A stretch of DNA of 64,000 bases. It comes from Oopsacas minuta (Eukaryota > Animalia > Porifera). This document shows, piece after piece, positions 1 to 11,149 of the stretch (positions are counted from its first letter, which is position 1; the number at the start of each line of letters is the position of its first letter). The position numbers and the translations under genes were made by a program. The DNA is taken from contig JAKMXF010000313.1 in assembly GCA_024704765.1 (NCBI GenBank), positions 62,001 through 126,000 on the forward strand, read 5' to 3'. A model generated the notes under the pieces. That model searched no databases. It was given only the letters and a program-made list of their open reading frames with translations, and was not told the DNA's origin.

Positions 1-383
1 TGATTGGGAGAGAATCATTTAATTATTTTGTATCCGCTTACAGGAGGGAGATTCTAAGGACTATAATGAAATCTTCGAATACAACAGATTCACCTACTCT
101 CCCAACTGGAATCGATGAATCAACAACAGCACTAGATCCCAACTTCTATTAAATTGATCGCTTGCGTAAACTAGTAGCGGATGCAGTGAAATCAATGTTA
201 ATTACATCACTATTTTATGTTTAATAATGATAATTATTCATGTTAATTACCATTTTGATTAGATTAATAGAAGTATCCTTCGCTTTTTGACTGGTACGTA
301 ATATGGTTGGTACAATTAAAATTTCTTATTCTTGTATAATATTACTGTTTTACATCAACAACGATTCTTGTCAGTATATTGGC

Positions 384-700
384 TTAAAAAGTATCGAGTG
401 GTATAAAGATGTTCTCTACCTTCATGTACACTAATTGTGGGGAAATTCGCCTGAGTCTAGAGTAGAGTTGCTTACATCCTTGAGAGTTCACAACTTGAAT
501 CTCTCTCATTGGAATGTTTCTCATAGAATAATCAGGATTGCACTTGTGATATACCGAATGAAAACGATCTACCAGGAAAGTTGTTTTGCGAAACAAATTT
601 GGATCTCTAAAAGTAGTGAATGTTAATGAATAATGTATTATTCCATAAAATCTACTTTTGTTATAAAATACCTTATCAAGCACATGTTATGTAGATTACA
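384..700 (-). pseudogene. KDZ-type transposase C-terminal relic with a 65-bp intron (607..671)
   Basis: LIR|DPNLFRKTTFLVDRFHSVYHKCNPDYS...VNSQGCKQLYSRLRRISPQ aligns by eye with the KDZ core at 55093..55324. Confidence 0.75.
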
Positions 701-759
701 GGCATTATCGTATATAATCTATGTTGGCTGATGTCGAAAACGTCCACAGCGCTGAAACA

Positions 760-1030
760 ATATAAACAGATTGAGTCTCAGTTGCAACTGGTTGATGGGG
801 CTACTCGCAATTATAAAACGCGCCCTTTTTCTGATATACTAACCGTTATTGTGGCACCTGAAATAATGGGTCTTGATTTCCTCCAGCAACCTCATGATTA
901 TGCTGGCCATAAATGTGAGGAACGTACTTAACTCTCTTAAAAGATTTAGTTTATTGGCTTAACATGAATACAGACGTAAATATATATGTAAAATCGTGTG
1001 AAGCTTGTCAGGAAGCTAACTTCCTCTGGC
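760..1030 (+). pseudogene. Ty3/Gypsy-type integrase zinc-binding (H2C2) relic
   Basis: VIVAPEIMGLDFLQQPHDYAGHKCEERT...FYWLNMNTDVNIYVKSCEACQ, with stops and frameshifts. Confidence 0.7.
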
Positions 1031-1274
1031 AACTAAAGCTCCTTAATTAACACCTATTGGAAAACGTACCTCTTCAAAAACTGCAGTGTTTGAAACGTGG
1101 ATCTGATCAAAATTGGGATAAGTAAAAGTCTTGTTATAATCTTTTTGAATTAGCTAGTTATTACGGTATGTGTACCAAGTCAAAGAGCAAAAACAATGAT
1201 CGATTGATGTCAATAGGGTGAGGAACGGTATGTTTAAGATTCAGTCTGGAGAAAATAACTATAGATATATAATT

Positions 1275-2975
1275 ATCTGTACCATAGCCTATAAAAGATA
1301 AGGCATGATCACTACTTTGGACCAGGGATAAGAGGAAGTGGATATATTTTGATGGGAAATTCTATAATCACCGATAATAAGAAAATGGTACATTTTCACC
1401 CGAGTAAATGTATTATTGATTTGTAGGAATTCACAAAACCACATTTGTGAAATTTTCAATTCGATGTGACATCATTTGTTAGCGTAATTGGCAAATGTAT
1501 ATTACAAACTGCTCCATCTTTGAACCATGTAGAACGTTAATTATTAATATATGTTTTAGATGTTGAAATACCAAATTATCTAAACCGTCCCTGTATAATA
1601 TAAGAATTTTTCATGATAATCTTCGCAGGTTTGAGTTATCACACAGACCATGGATGTCACATGTTTTGCCATTCCTCACATAACTCGATAATCGTGGAAA
1701 TTATGCTCAGACCAGGATAGCCATTTTATAGTATACACTCTATCTTTCAACTATTTTTTACTTTATGTTCATAAAACAACAAATTTACATATAATTAACT
1801 TGAAAATGCGAAATTCAGATTCAGCGTAATTTGTTGTCCCAAAAGCTGTTAAAAGCAAGCCTCTGCCTATATTTTAAAAACTCAATTGTTTATATACTTT
1901 ATATTCATAAAAACAACAAAAAATTTACATATGATAAACTTAAAATGTGGAATTCAGATTCAGAGTACTTTGTTACCCCTATAAATCTGTTGAGCAAGGC
2001 CGGCTAGGGCGGCCTGAGCCGCCCCACTTTTATGTGAATCTTTTGGTACATAAAATTTCGCGTGCATGGTTCGTGATAATATTTTTGTGATCTTTTGATA
2101 TAATTCAGTTATTTTATATTTGAGTAATAAGTTTGGCACCGTGTACAAGCCGAAGGATCTTCAATAGTATAATTACAATTTTGTTATATATTACTACGAG
2201 CCTTTGGCTCGTCGCTTCGCGATTAACTCAGAGCATTACGCCTCGAGGTATCCATTATTCTCCAAATTGACAGCCCCTTTGAGTATTATAATATAGATAT
2301 ATTTAAAACAATGTAATTCACAATTATGTGAATATCGCACATATATTATTGAAATATTTTGTAAGATTAACCCCCTTTGTAGCCGTTGAGAGCAAGTATC
2401 TAAGTATATTTCGAGATTTCAACTATTTGTTTACTTATATGTAGAAGAATAATAAATTTACCTATGATTAATTCAAAAGTGTGAAATTCAGATTCAGCAT
2501 ATTTGATATATTTATTCAAGTTATATAGAATTCTAATTACATTCTTGATAAACACGATAAATACATAGTTATGTGACATCTCATAATTGAGAAATTCGAA
2601 TTCAATACAACATTCCATAAATCCTTGACATCGGGCAAACAAACAACAAACACACAAACACACACACAATAATCGAGTTTTTCTAATATAGATTAACGTT
2701 ACACAGGGTTTCAAAGATGGAGCAGTTTTAATATATATTAGCCTATTACGCTAACAAATGATGTCACTTCGAATTGAAATTTTCACAGTGGCTTTTGTGA
2801 ATTCTTACATATCAGTAACACATTTATTCGGGTGAAAATGTACCAGTTTCTTATTATCGGCGATTATAGAATTTCCCATCAAAATATATTCACTTCCTCT
2901 TATCCCTGGTCCAGTGGCTCAGTGTCAGACCTTATCTGACTCAGTGATCAGGCCTTATCTTTAGTAGGCTATGTC
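1275..2975. repeat. About 250-bp inverted repeat pair (1275..1525 and 2712..2975) enclosing Helitron-like fragments
   Basis: 2712..2975 is the near reverse complement of 1275..1525 (for example gaccagggataagaggaagtg / cacttcctcttatccctggtc). A related copy lies near 26095..26360. Confidence 0.75.
2193..2692 (-). mobile_element. Non-autonomous Helitron-like element, family A
   Basis: 5' A^TCTATATT start, a TGTT-type microsatellite near the 5' end, and a 3' hairpin acgagcc-aaa-ggctcgt followed by agt. Confidence 0.7.
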
Positions 2976-3412
2976 TGTACATAAATCCTGAACAAAGAGA
3001 CCAGAAACTTCTACATCTTGAATAATTGCTTTGATTATAGGAAATAATTCAACAGCAGATGAATTAGCACAGGGAAGTAAACGAACAATACTTGACCATT
3101 TCTTCGGCAAACTGGATTCCATGAATGCGAAAACAGGAGTGCGGGCTTATGGCGTCGTTACAACATAAAGGCAACCTCTTTAAGAGGTGAAATAACAACA
3201 AGGAATAATATATAATATGGGAAAAGTAGTTTGTTCAAATGTAACAAAATAGTTATTCTAAAGAAAACATAAACAAATGTATGAATATTAGTAAAATAGA
3301 AAAAATATCAAAAATATTGAAACGACGTAGACCTCCATCACAAACTACAATAACTCTTCCTCTGTTATCTATTGTAATACCGTTAGTATGAGCTATAGGT
3401 ATCCTGTGTATT

Positions 3413-5900
3413 AATTAGGGTTCTTAATCCCGGACTCTTTTTATAATCCCTTGATAAATGATGATAGTTATCTCTCTAGCAATAATTAAATTTGTTTAAT
3501 ATATGATAGTCTGATAGAATGAAAATATAATATAGGGATACATAGGGGGTAAAGATGAATATGAGTGAATAATAAGTTTTTAGTTTAGCATCAATTTTTT
3601 CTTGTTGATCCTTATGAATGCTAGCGTATCCAAAGTGCTATCACTGAATCTTGTTCTAAATTTGTTGCATAAATATGCCGAACAAGAAAATGCTCGTTTC
3701 GCTTCGACTGAGGTTGCAGGTATTGTTAGTAGCACTTGATATACCTTTTCCAAATGATATCCTCGTTTTCCTGTCTGTTCTCCAATAGTAAGTTCATATT
3801 TCAATATATTGAATAATGATTGTTGAACTTGTATATCTTCTGGCTTTTTCATAGATGCGTCTATAGCTAACACTGGACAACATTTTACAACTTATTTTTT
3901 ATTCCTTGCTCGTCTCAAGTTTACCTAGACTAATAGGGCCATGCTGAATCCAAATCTGGCCTTAGATTTTTTCTAACACGTCACGTTTTTGAGATATGAC
4001 ATATGCACGCAACAACCCGTAATTGTCATTTTGGCTAATTTTGGCGTGCAGAACAAAACATTACATGTAATAAACACAGTGATTGCTAGTGAAAATAACA
4101 GAATTATCATTTTGCACAATTTAACACAACTCAGGATGATTAAACCAGACAAAAATAATATTGTATCCTCTCAAAAGTGTTTTATACACTTGCTCTTTCG
4201 AATGTTCAGTGTCAGTTTCACGCTGGAGAAACCAGCAGTAGTCCCCCATCATGTTTGGGTTAAATCGACCTCTATACCGCGATTCCATCACGGTATAGAG
4301 GTCGAAAATCCAGCAATATTTGTTGTGCAAAAATAACAATCCGACGTATGGTTTTTAGGTTCTCGCCAAATCATAGGTACCGCAAATGGCATGGATTTCT
4401 TCTTTCCATTAAGCCATTGGATTAGACTGGCATAGCAGACGGTACAGCAGATGTGAGGTGCCCAGTTCTTGTCTTGGTCACCAACTTTGCAACCAAAGTA
4501 ATACTTGTAGCCAATCTTGACACGATTGGCAATATTTCTTCGCTGGGGCTTCGGCGTAAATTTTCCACAAATATAGCAGAAGTTATCTGGGTGGTTCGTG
4601 CATTGTCTTCTGCTCGTATTCATTGTAAACAAAAAGCTTTAATACACAATCAGTTACAAACTAAAAATTTTGCAAAACAGTAATGTTGTTGGTTTATCGA
4701 TACAGTCTACAATCCACCCGCAAGTAGGCTAAATAACCCCTCCTTATAGCCATGGCCAAGAACACTCAAGAATGCATTAATTGTCAAAAGATAGAACATT
4801 ACATTTACAAAATAATGTTAATATTAACCGTACATAATATGCATTGTTGACCAACAATTCGCTGGGAAAGAAAATTGTACAATAGGCCTAACTTGTACTG
4901 TATAGTACCTTATAATATAGTGCCAACCAATGCAAAATCCGAATTTCGTGAATTTTTATATCTTGAAATCCTGACGTGATAGACCAATTCTGATTTCAGA
5001 TTTGGAATCAGCATCCCAAAATTAGTCTAGGTAATATATTTTCATTTGAGGAATAAAATTGATGTTGCCCAGTGTAATTAATCTTTTGCGAGGGAGATAT
5101 CATCTAGGTCAGATATACTTTCAGACGTATTAGATGAGTAAGGTACCATTGACACTTCTTCACTCATATATTCCTCATCTTCAATTCCTTTTCTTCGAGT
5201 TCTTGATAATAAATCAGCACAAAATGTGTTTACTACAGTCTTTTTTGCAAGTCGTGCCGAAGGATTATGTAGGATTGAAGTATCGCTGAAACTTCAGTGT
5301 ACCTCTCTTGAACCATCCGCTGGTTTAGTCCCTCCAGGATTTGTGCATGATAATGTGTGTTAGATTTCTGAATATCTTCCAATAGAATTTTATAGTTGCT
5401 TCAGCTGTAATTAAATTTGTATCTCTTCTACATAGAGCTTCTAAAGCAATCTTAATTGGATTCAAAGCTTCAACTATAGAAGAGATAGCCGCAATTTCTT
5501 GCTCGCTGAGGCATATATGTTCACCAAAATCTAACAGAGCTTTATGTATTGGTAATTTGATCTGAATTATCCTCTCGAGCATATTCACAAGTGAGCTCCA
5601 TCGAGTCTTACAATCAAGAACCACATTCAGTCCATTTGGATAAATCTCTTTCACATACATTTGCAAAGTTTCATTCTTCAAAGGTGATCGCTTGAATATT
5701 TTCACAATTCTACGTACTTTGGTTACTATTTTAGAGATATCAAATTTAGTGCATGAGCATTCTGAGGGTCCATCGATTCCGAAACAATGAATCCATCATC
5801 ATTAAATCATCAAACATTTCCATATCTTCATCTTCATCTTCATCGGTTTCACTTGTACTAGAACAAATTTCTTCAGTTTCATTATGTTGTTTTTGATCGA
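3413..5900 (-). mobile_element. Degenerate hAT transposon split by a Chapaev3-like insertion
   Basis: DCKTRWSSLVNMLERI catalytic region (5325..5705) and dimerisation motif LLTIPATSVEAKRAFS...RTRFSDSTLDTL (3580..3870). A TAGGGTT-type end lies near 3413. Confidence 0.8.
3871..5074 (-). mobile_element. Chapaev3-like (CMC) DNA transposon, internally deleted
   Basis: Termini CACTGGACAACAT / ATGTTGCCCAGTG with a TAA TSD (3868..3870, 5075..5077). The N-terminal CTNHPDNFCYICG...WAPHICC..C...PMIWREPKNHTSDCYFC is fused directly to the C-terminal MESRYRGR..MMGDYCW. Family call from recalled CAC...GTG termini, TWA TSD and motif. Confidence 0.72.
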
Positions 5901-6262
5901 TAACGTCTTGTATTACAAGCTGGAGTCTATGTGCGTAGCATTCTCTTCAAGCCGACCGCGTTTGACATAGGCTGGCAACAGTTCAACGGCTGCTTTCTCC
6001 TCCATCGTTGCCACTGCCGCTACAAAGAGGGGTTGCCATGTCGCTATGGTTTGATCGTCTTTAACGGTGGAATAGCCACAGTAAGGGGTGTTGCCATGGT
6101 TCAGTCGTTTGTTATTTATGTTCAAGACTATAGTAGAATGCAAAAGCAATACAGAGTAAATAGTATATAGAAATCACAAACAAATTAGACAAAAATTCTA
6201 ATAGTAAAACAGCTCCTACTTATAGCTAGCCTAAGTCTACTAACAGACATTACTTAAGACAC

Positions 6263-7710
6263 CTGGAAATCCGCAAAACCAGGATGCTTGAAAGGGTTTG
6301 ATAAATCACTTTTGCCAGTTCATTATTTCAGTCAGAAGAAAGGCTGGATGTCTGGGGAGATACTGGAATCTATTCTGACAAAATTAAATCATCACAAATT
6401 TCTTGTAGCAATCGTTGTATCATTTTATTGATGGATATTGCACGCTGTCACCCAGAGAGTTTAAGCTCAAAATTCAGCAAAACAAATTTTTATTTCTACC
6501 AGCCAATCTACTGCTAAACTTCAGCCTCTGGACCTAGGCATAATTCAGAACTTTAAAGTTCACTATCGTCATTTGTTATTTAACATGCATTCTTTCAAAG
6601 ATAGATGAATGCCAAACTGCCACTGGTGTTGTGAAGTCTGTGAGTATACTTGTAGCAATTAGGTGGGTCGCCAAGGCTTGGTCGATGATAGGAGCAGAAA
6701 CCATTTACAAATGTTTCAGGAAGGCTGGAGTCTTGGACAGTGCAATGGAAGTTGTAACCCGTGGACTTGAGGAAAATGATGAAGATTCATTCTTGTATTC
6801 TGAATTACTTATGCAGCAGAGACTCATTGACAAAACAACGACTAGTCAAGAAAATTGTACGCTAGACGAGTCCTTAATGGGGACTACAATCTTCCAGTGT
6901 GTGTGTGGATTAGATAACGACAGCTGGGACGATAACCTTTTAGCACAGCTTGGATATGATGTACAAGAAATAGATGAGATAGATGAGTCAGATAAAGAGA
7001 TTGAACTGAATGACGAATTCTCTCCTCTAAAAGTGCAAAGTATTAAAGAAGCACTAAACTCACTTAAGAAGTTCGACGATTTCTTAAAACCAAGGTTTTG
7101 AAGTAGCTATGGGCACTGGGACCACAATTGATACTGTAGCTAGACTGCGAGCGTCAAACAGTAGATAAAGTAATCTTCCTGACTTATTGCCACACACATT
7201 ATAATATATATATATATATATATGTTATGAATTAGTATACTTCACAAGATTACCACAGGACTTACTTTTGAACCTGCAGCGGTGACAAAAAAGCTACAAT
7301 TATTTTTTTTGGTCTCCTATATAATGCTTTCCCTTTTGGCAAAACCCACGATCAGGTAAATCCTGCCAAAAATACAAGTTTCGTTCATATTCCAGATGTT
7401 ATCTTTGGCATAATCTTGAATTATTTCAGGAAGCCTCTCTTTCCAGGGATCAACTGTCTTACCTTGTACATCTCCTGATTCTCCACAAATGGTAAACTGT
7501 TTGATATTGTACTTTCCTTTCCACATCGCCAACCAGCCAGTTGAACCTTTAAAATTGAAATTTCCAAGACATGCAGCGATCTGTTTGCCTTTATCTTAGT
7601 TGTGGGCCACCAGGATAGATATTTTGGAGCAAGCAAGGGTGTACCACTCGTACAGGGCTTAGTTGACTTCAACCAATTTGCGAGGTTCTTGCTGGTAAGA
7701 CCTCTATTCT
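6263..7710. pseudogene. pogo/Tigger transposase relic (CENP-B HTH + DDE_1) with an internal inversion
   Basis: Minus 7710..7247 encodes LYEWY...FKGSTGWL...NIWNMNET...AFFVTAAGSKVSPVVI. Plus 6263..7101 encodes WKSAKPGC...YFSQKKGWM...LMDIARCH...KLQPLDLGIIQNFKVHYR. Confidence 0.8.
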
Positions 7711-8273
7711 CTCAAGCATTAGATTCGAACAGGGAGGGTCTAGGGGGCAGCCCCCCAGAAAAGTTTAAAATGTTCTACGCTGAAATAGCGAATTACAGCT
7801 AATTCTACCACATATAGAGGAACAATTTAAGTTAATTTATCTTATTAGTTATTCATTTTGAGACAGTAAATTAGATCTCAAAATCTCAGGGGGCCCCCCT
7901 GGATTCGAACGTAGCTAGTAAATACTATTTATTCTTGAGTATTTGTGCAATTTGGCTTTTTCCACACTTAAAAATTCCTCCTAGAGCTCTAATACTAATT
8001 CCTGGATTATTGTCTTGATCACTTCTATTTTTCTTCAATTACAGGTAGTTTTCTCCTTGGATGCTGTGGCAGTATAAGCTGAAATCACAGCCATAAGATT
8101 ACTTTAATTGTAGGAATTATACCACAAGTGTTTTCACTACGAAATAATTGTTTAAAATAATCAATTTAGTTTTATCGCCTGATCATTATTAACATCAGGT
8201 GATAACTCATTATGCAGATAAGATAAAGCTACAAGTACAACAGACAAGTATGTGTCATTTATAGAATTATGGT

Positions 8274-8487
8274 AAGGTTGCAACCGAATAGTCCAATATG
8301 GGGTTCAACCTAAAATAATTGGAAAATAGTTCAATATTCGGCTACCAAACGAATATCAGTATTCGGTATTCGGCTAGCCAAACCGAATATTATCAGTAGT
8401 ATTCGGTTAGGCAAACCGAAAAATATCAGTATTCGGTTAGACTACTATTCATGAATACTGATATTCGGTTCGAGTTGTTTCAACCTT
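8274..8487. mobile_element. MITE with AAGGTTG termini and internal ATTCGGT repeats
   Basis: TIR AAGGTTGCAAC / GTTTCAACCTT. Flanks gaattatggt / gaattatagt form a 10-bp duplication with 1 mismatch. Related copies near 22790..22930 and 48660..48765. Confidence 0.65.
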
Positions 8488-8549
8488 GAATTATAGTAAC
8501 TTTGTAATCAACCTTGAATATCTTTATTAAATGGGCAGTCAAAATTGAC

Positions 8550-8885
8550 CAATGTAGATGACGATCCTCAAGTTTTGGATATCCATTCATATGTACGGGT
8601 TACCATGCTTGCATGGACACCTGGAATCCAGCGCTAGGTCAAGAACTTATATTGAAGCCAGAGCCAAGTAGCTACAAAGACAAACATGCAGGTACAGTTC
8701 TTAAAGATGACGTGATTGTAGGACACGTACCCTATAATCTAGCACCACGCCTTTTACATTTTTTGAGAAGAGAAGTAAATATAGGATTTGCTGATGTTAC
8801 GGAGTAGAAATCCCATTTATGTACCCCCTTTATGGACCCAAAGTTTACATTGACAAGATGAAAGAATTGTTGAAAGACATGGGGC
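8550..8885 (+). pseudogene. HIRAN-like domain ORF relic
   Basis: Across frameshifts: LDIHSYVRGYHACMDTWNPALGQELILKPEP...DKHA..VLKDDVIVGHVPYNLA...EIPFMYPLYGPKVYIDKMKELL. The VRGYH..W.P..G..L..EP...D..A....VGHVP pattern is HIRAN-like. Confidence 0.6.
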
Positions 8886-9096
8886 TTGTATGGCTAGCTA
8901 CTCAAAATGTAAATTTTGTGATATCCATGAAAATTATTGGGTCAGTTTCTGGGTGTCCGTTCTTGGGAGATAATTTTGCATTAGACACGCCATTCGGGCC
9001 AGTTCCCTGTCCGTTGATCGGAATTCGGAGTAGTCCTCTCCTTAGAGACTGCTTAAGTATTACATGCTTGCAAAATTAATGCGAACAAACAATGTA

Positions 9097-10439
9097 CAGG
9101 GTGTCTCAAAAGTTTTTTCACCATTAGTATTTCAATATATTTGAACAGAAATCAGTCTACCTCATTTACTACCTACCCACTTATTTTAGCATTGTCAATT
9201 TATAGTTGATTAATGTTCTCAACCATGAGTAGTATCAAATATTTAATTTTGTGATTCATTTTGCGATACTTTGTATAATTATCAAATTTCAATATTATGG
9301 ATGTCAAAATGACGAGATTATCCATCCGCGAGAGAGCGATAGGTATGCTACTAGCTGGTTCCAGTCAAAGAACAGTTGCTGACACACTTGGAGTCACAAT
9401 TCGAACCGTAAAGAATTGGAACAAAAAGCAAAAGCTGGAGAAATGCTCAATGACAAGCCTCGTTCTGGACGTCCGCCGAAACTTTCCCGAGTCCCAAAAA
9501 TAATAATTCGAAAATCCATAGGCAAACGATGGCATTCAACTCGGAAATTGGCGAAATATATTTCAAGTAAATATGTTGCTATTAGTAAAGATACTGTTCA
9601 CCGTTATTTACACAATTCTATTGGGGCTAAAGCGTATAAACGGCCATCAAACCCTAAATTGACGGAAGTACAGAAGTCTAAAAGGGTCAAGTTCTGTCTT
9701 GAGCATAAATCTTGGACTTCACTTGATTGGGAGCGAGTTTTCTTCAGTGATGAAAGTCCCTTTGAGCTTTTTCACCCTACAAATTCACAGAATGATCGGG
9801 TTTGGGACGTCAGTTCGCGTAATATCACTCCAGTCGAAACGGTCAAAAATCCTCCAAGATTAATGGTCTGGGGAATGATGAGTCATCGTGGACTATCAGA
9901 ACTCCATCTAATCTCCCCAAGACATTCTGTGAATGCGGACTATTATATCAATGAAATACTGGCTAAGTGCTGTCTCCCTACCTATAAACGTAAGAAGATG
10001 AGAGGGCCCCTGACTCAGAGGAAATTGTATCGAAAGATATCCGACACTTTTTTTATGCAGGATGGAGCCCCTGCTCATACTGCTATAAAGACACAGAAGT
10101 GGCTTTCTGATCATTTACCAGGATTCTGGGCGAAAGATATATGGCCTAGTAACTCGCCAGATTTGAATCCTATAGAAAATCTGTGGGCCATTATGCAGGC
10201 AGAGCTGGACAAGAGGAAGCCCGCTACTAATCTAAAACAACTGGCGAAAATCTTGGAAAATATCTGGAGTGGTATTAGCCCATCGATTCTCCAGAATTTA
10301 ATCGATGGAATGCCAAACCGCATTAATTCTTGTATTGAACTTAACGGTGAATACATTGGCAAGTAGTCTAATGATTCTTTACAATAAATACAATTTACTG
10401 GCTTGATGAATAAGGTGAAAAAACTTTTGAGACACCCTG
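9097..10439 (+). mobile_element. Tc1/mariner-superfamily (ITm) transposon, full length, DD37E
   Basis: Perfect TIR CAGGGTGTCTCAAAAGTTTTTTCACC at both ends, TA on both flanks, length 1343 bp. Confidence 0.93.
9297..10366 (+). CDS. Tc1-like transposase with one frameshift near 9420..9435
   Basis: The HTH ORF 9297..9503 (SQRTVADTLGVTIRTVKNW) shifts into ORF 9416..10366 (KPRSGRP, FSDES, MQDGAPAH, SPDLNPIENLW). There are 37 residues between the second D and the E. Confidence 0.85.
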
Positions 10440-10441
10440 TA

Positions 10442-11063
10442 GTCTTCTCGATTCCGAAGTGTCCTTCATTGTGCATTGCACAGAACCTCAGACCTCATTG
10501 AAGGAGGGACAATCACTGCCTCCCCATGCAGAGTAGGCTGTTAGTAATAGACATCCCAAAGTAATTCTTGAAAGAACCACAAGATATGATCCCTGTCTCC
10601 TTCAGCTGTTCTAGAACTATTCTTGTGGGTTGATAACCTTCTTTAGCTACTTTGAATTTCTGGTTAAATTTCCATTAGCATCAAACTCTATATGCGCCTC
10701 TCGAAGTTCTCAGTTTCGTTGTTAACTGTTTTGTCAACGTCTGTATACATCCTTGACAAACAATCTGCGGCCGCATTGCCTTTTCCTCGTATATGAACAA
10801 CCTGATAATTGAAAGTCTCTAACTCTTGAACCCACCTTGTGAACTTCCCTTGGGTATATTTCTTCATCCAAACCAGTGGGTTGCGTTCTGGTAAAAACTT
10901 TACAATTAGAGCAGCCTGTAAGCACTTCTGAAATTTTCTGCTGACAGCCACCAGGCCTAAACATACCAGCTCCCCTGCAGAGTAATTTCTTTGAGCTGAT
11001 GTAAGTCCGGAAGAAAAATAATGATATGGGTCTGAGAATTCCTTCTCCGTACCGGGATAGCAT
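10442..11063 (-). pseudogene. Ty3/Gypsy pol relic (RNase H to integrase H2C2)
   Basis: RPISLFFRTY..KRNYSAGELECLGLV..., GKFTRWVQELETFNYQVVHIRGKGNAAADCLSR and HNEGHFGIEKT, which ends at the Tc1 TA. Confidence 0.85.
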
Positions 11064-11149
11064 CTATCAGTATTTTCCGTTCCCCTGAGGGTTCGAGTTA
11101 CCGGTTGTTGACTGTATTGTAAAAGTATGCAATTCTTAATCTTGTTTTA

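Noticed and set aside
5913-6149. Possible retrotransposon gag fragment
   Set aside because: The composition is protein-like, but no recognisable motif or LTR was found.
9416-9440. Programmed -1 ribosomal frameshift in the Tc1 transposase
   Set aside because: The site is C-AAA-AAG, not a canonical X-XXY-YYZ heptamer. A 1-nt deletion or a sequencing error is simpler.
10111-10476. Minus-strand 121-aa ORF
   Set aside because: It is the antisense of the Tc1 transposase. Only its first residues (HNEGHFGIEKT) are Gypsy-derived.
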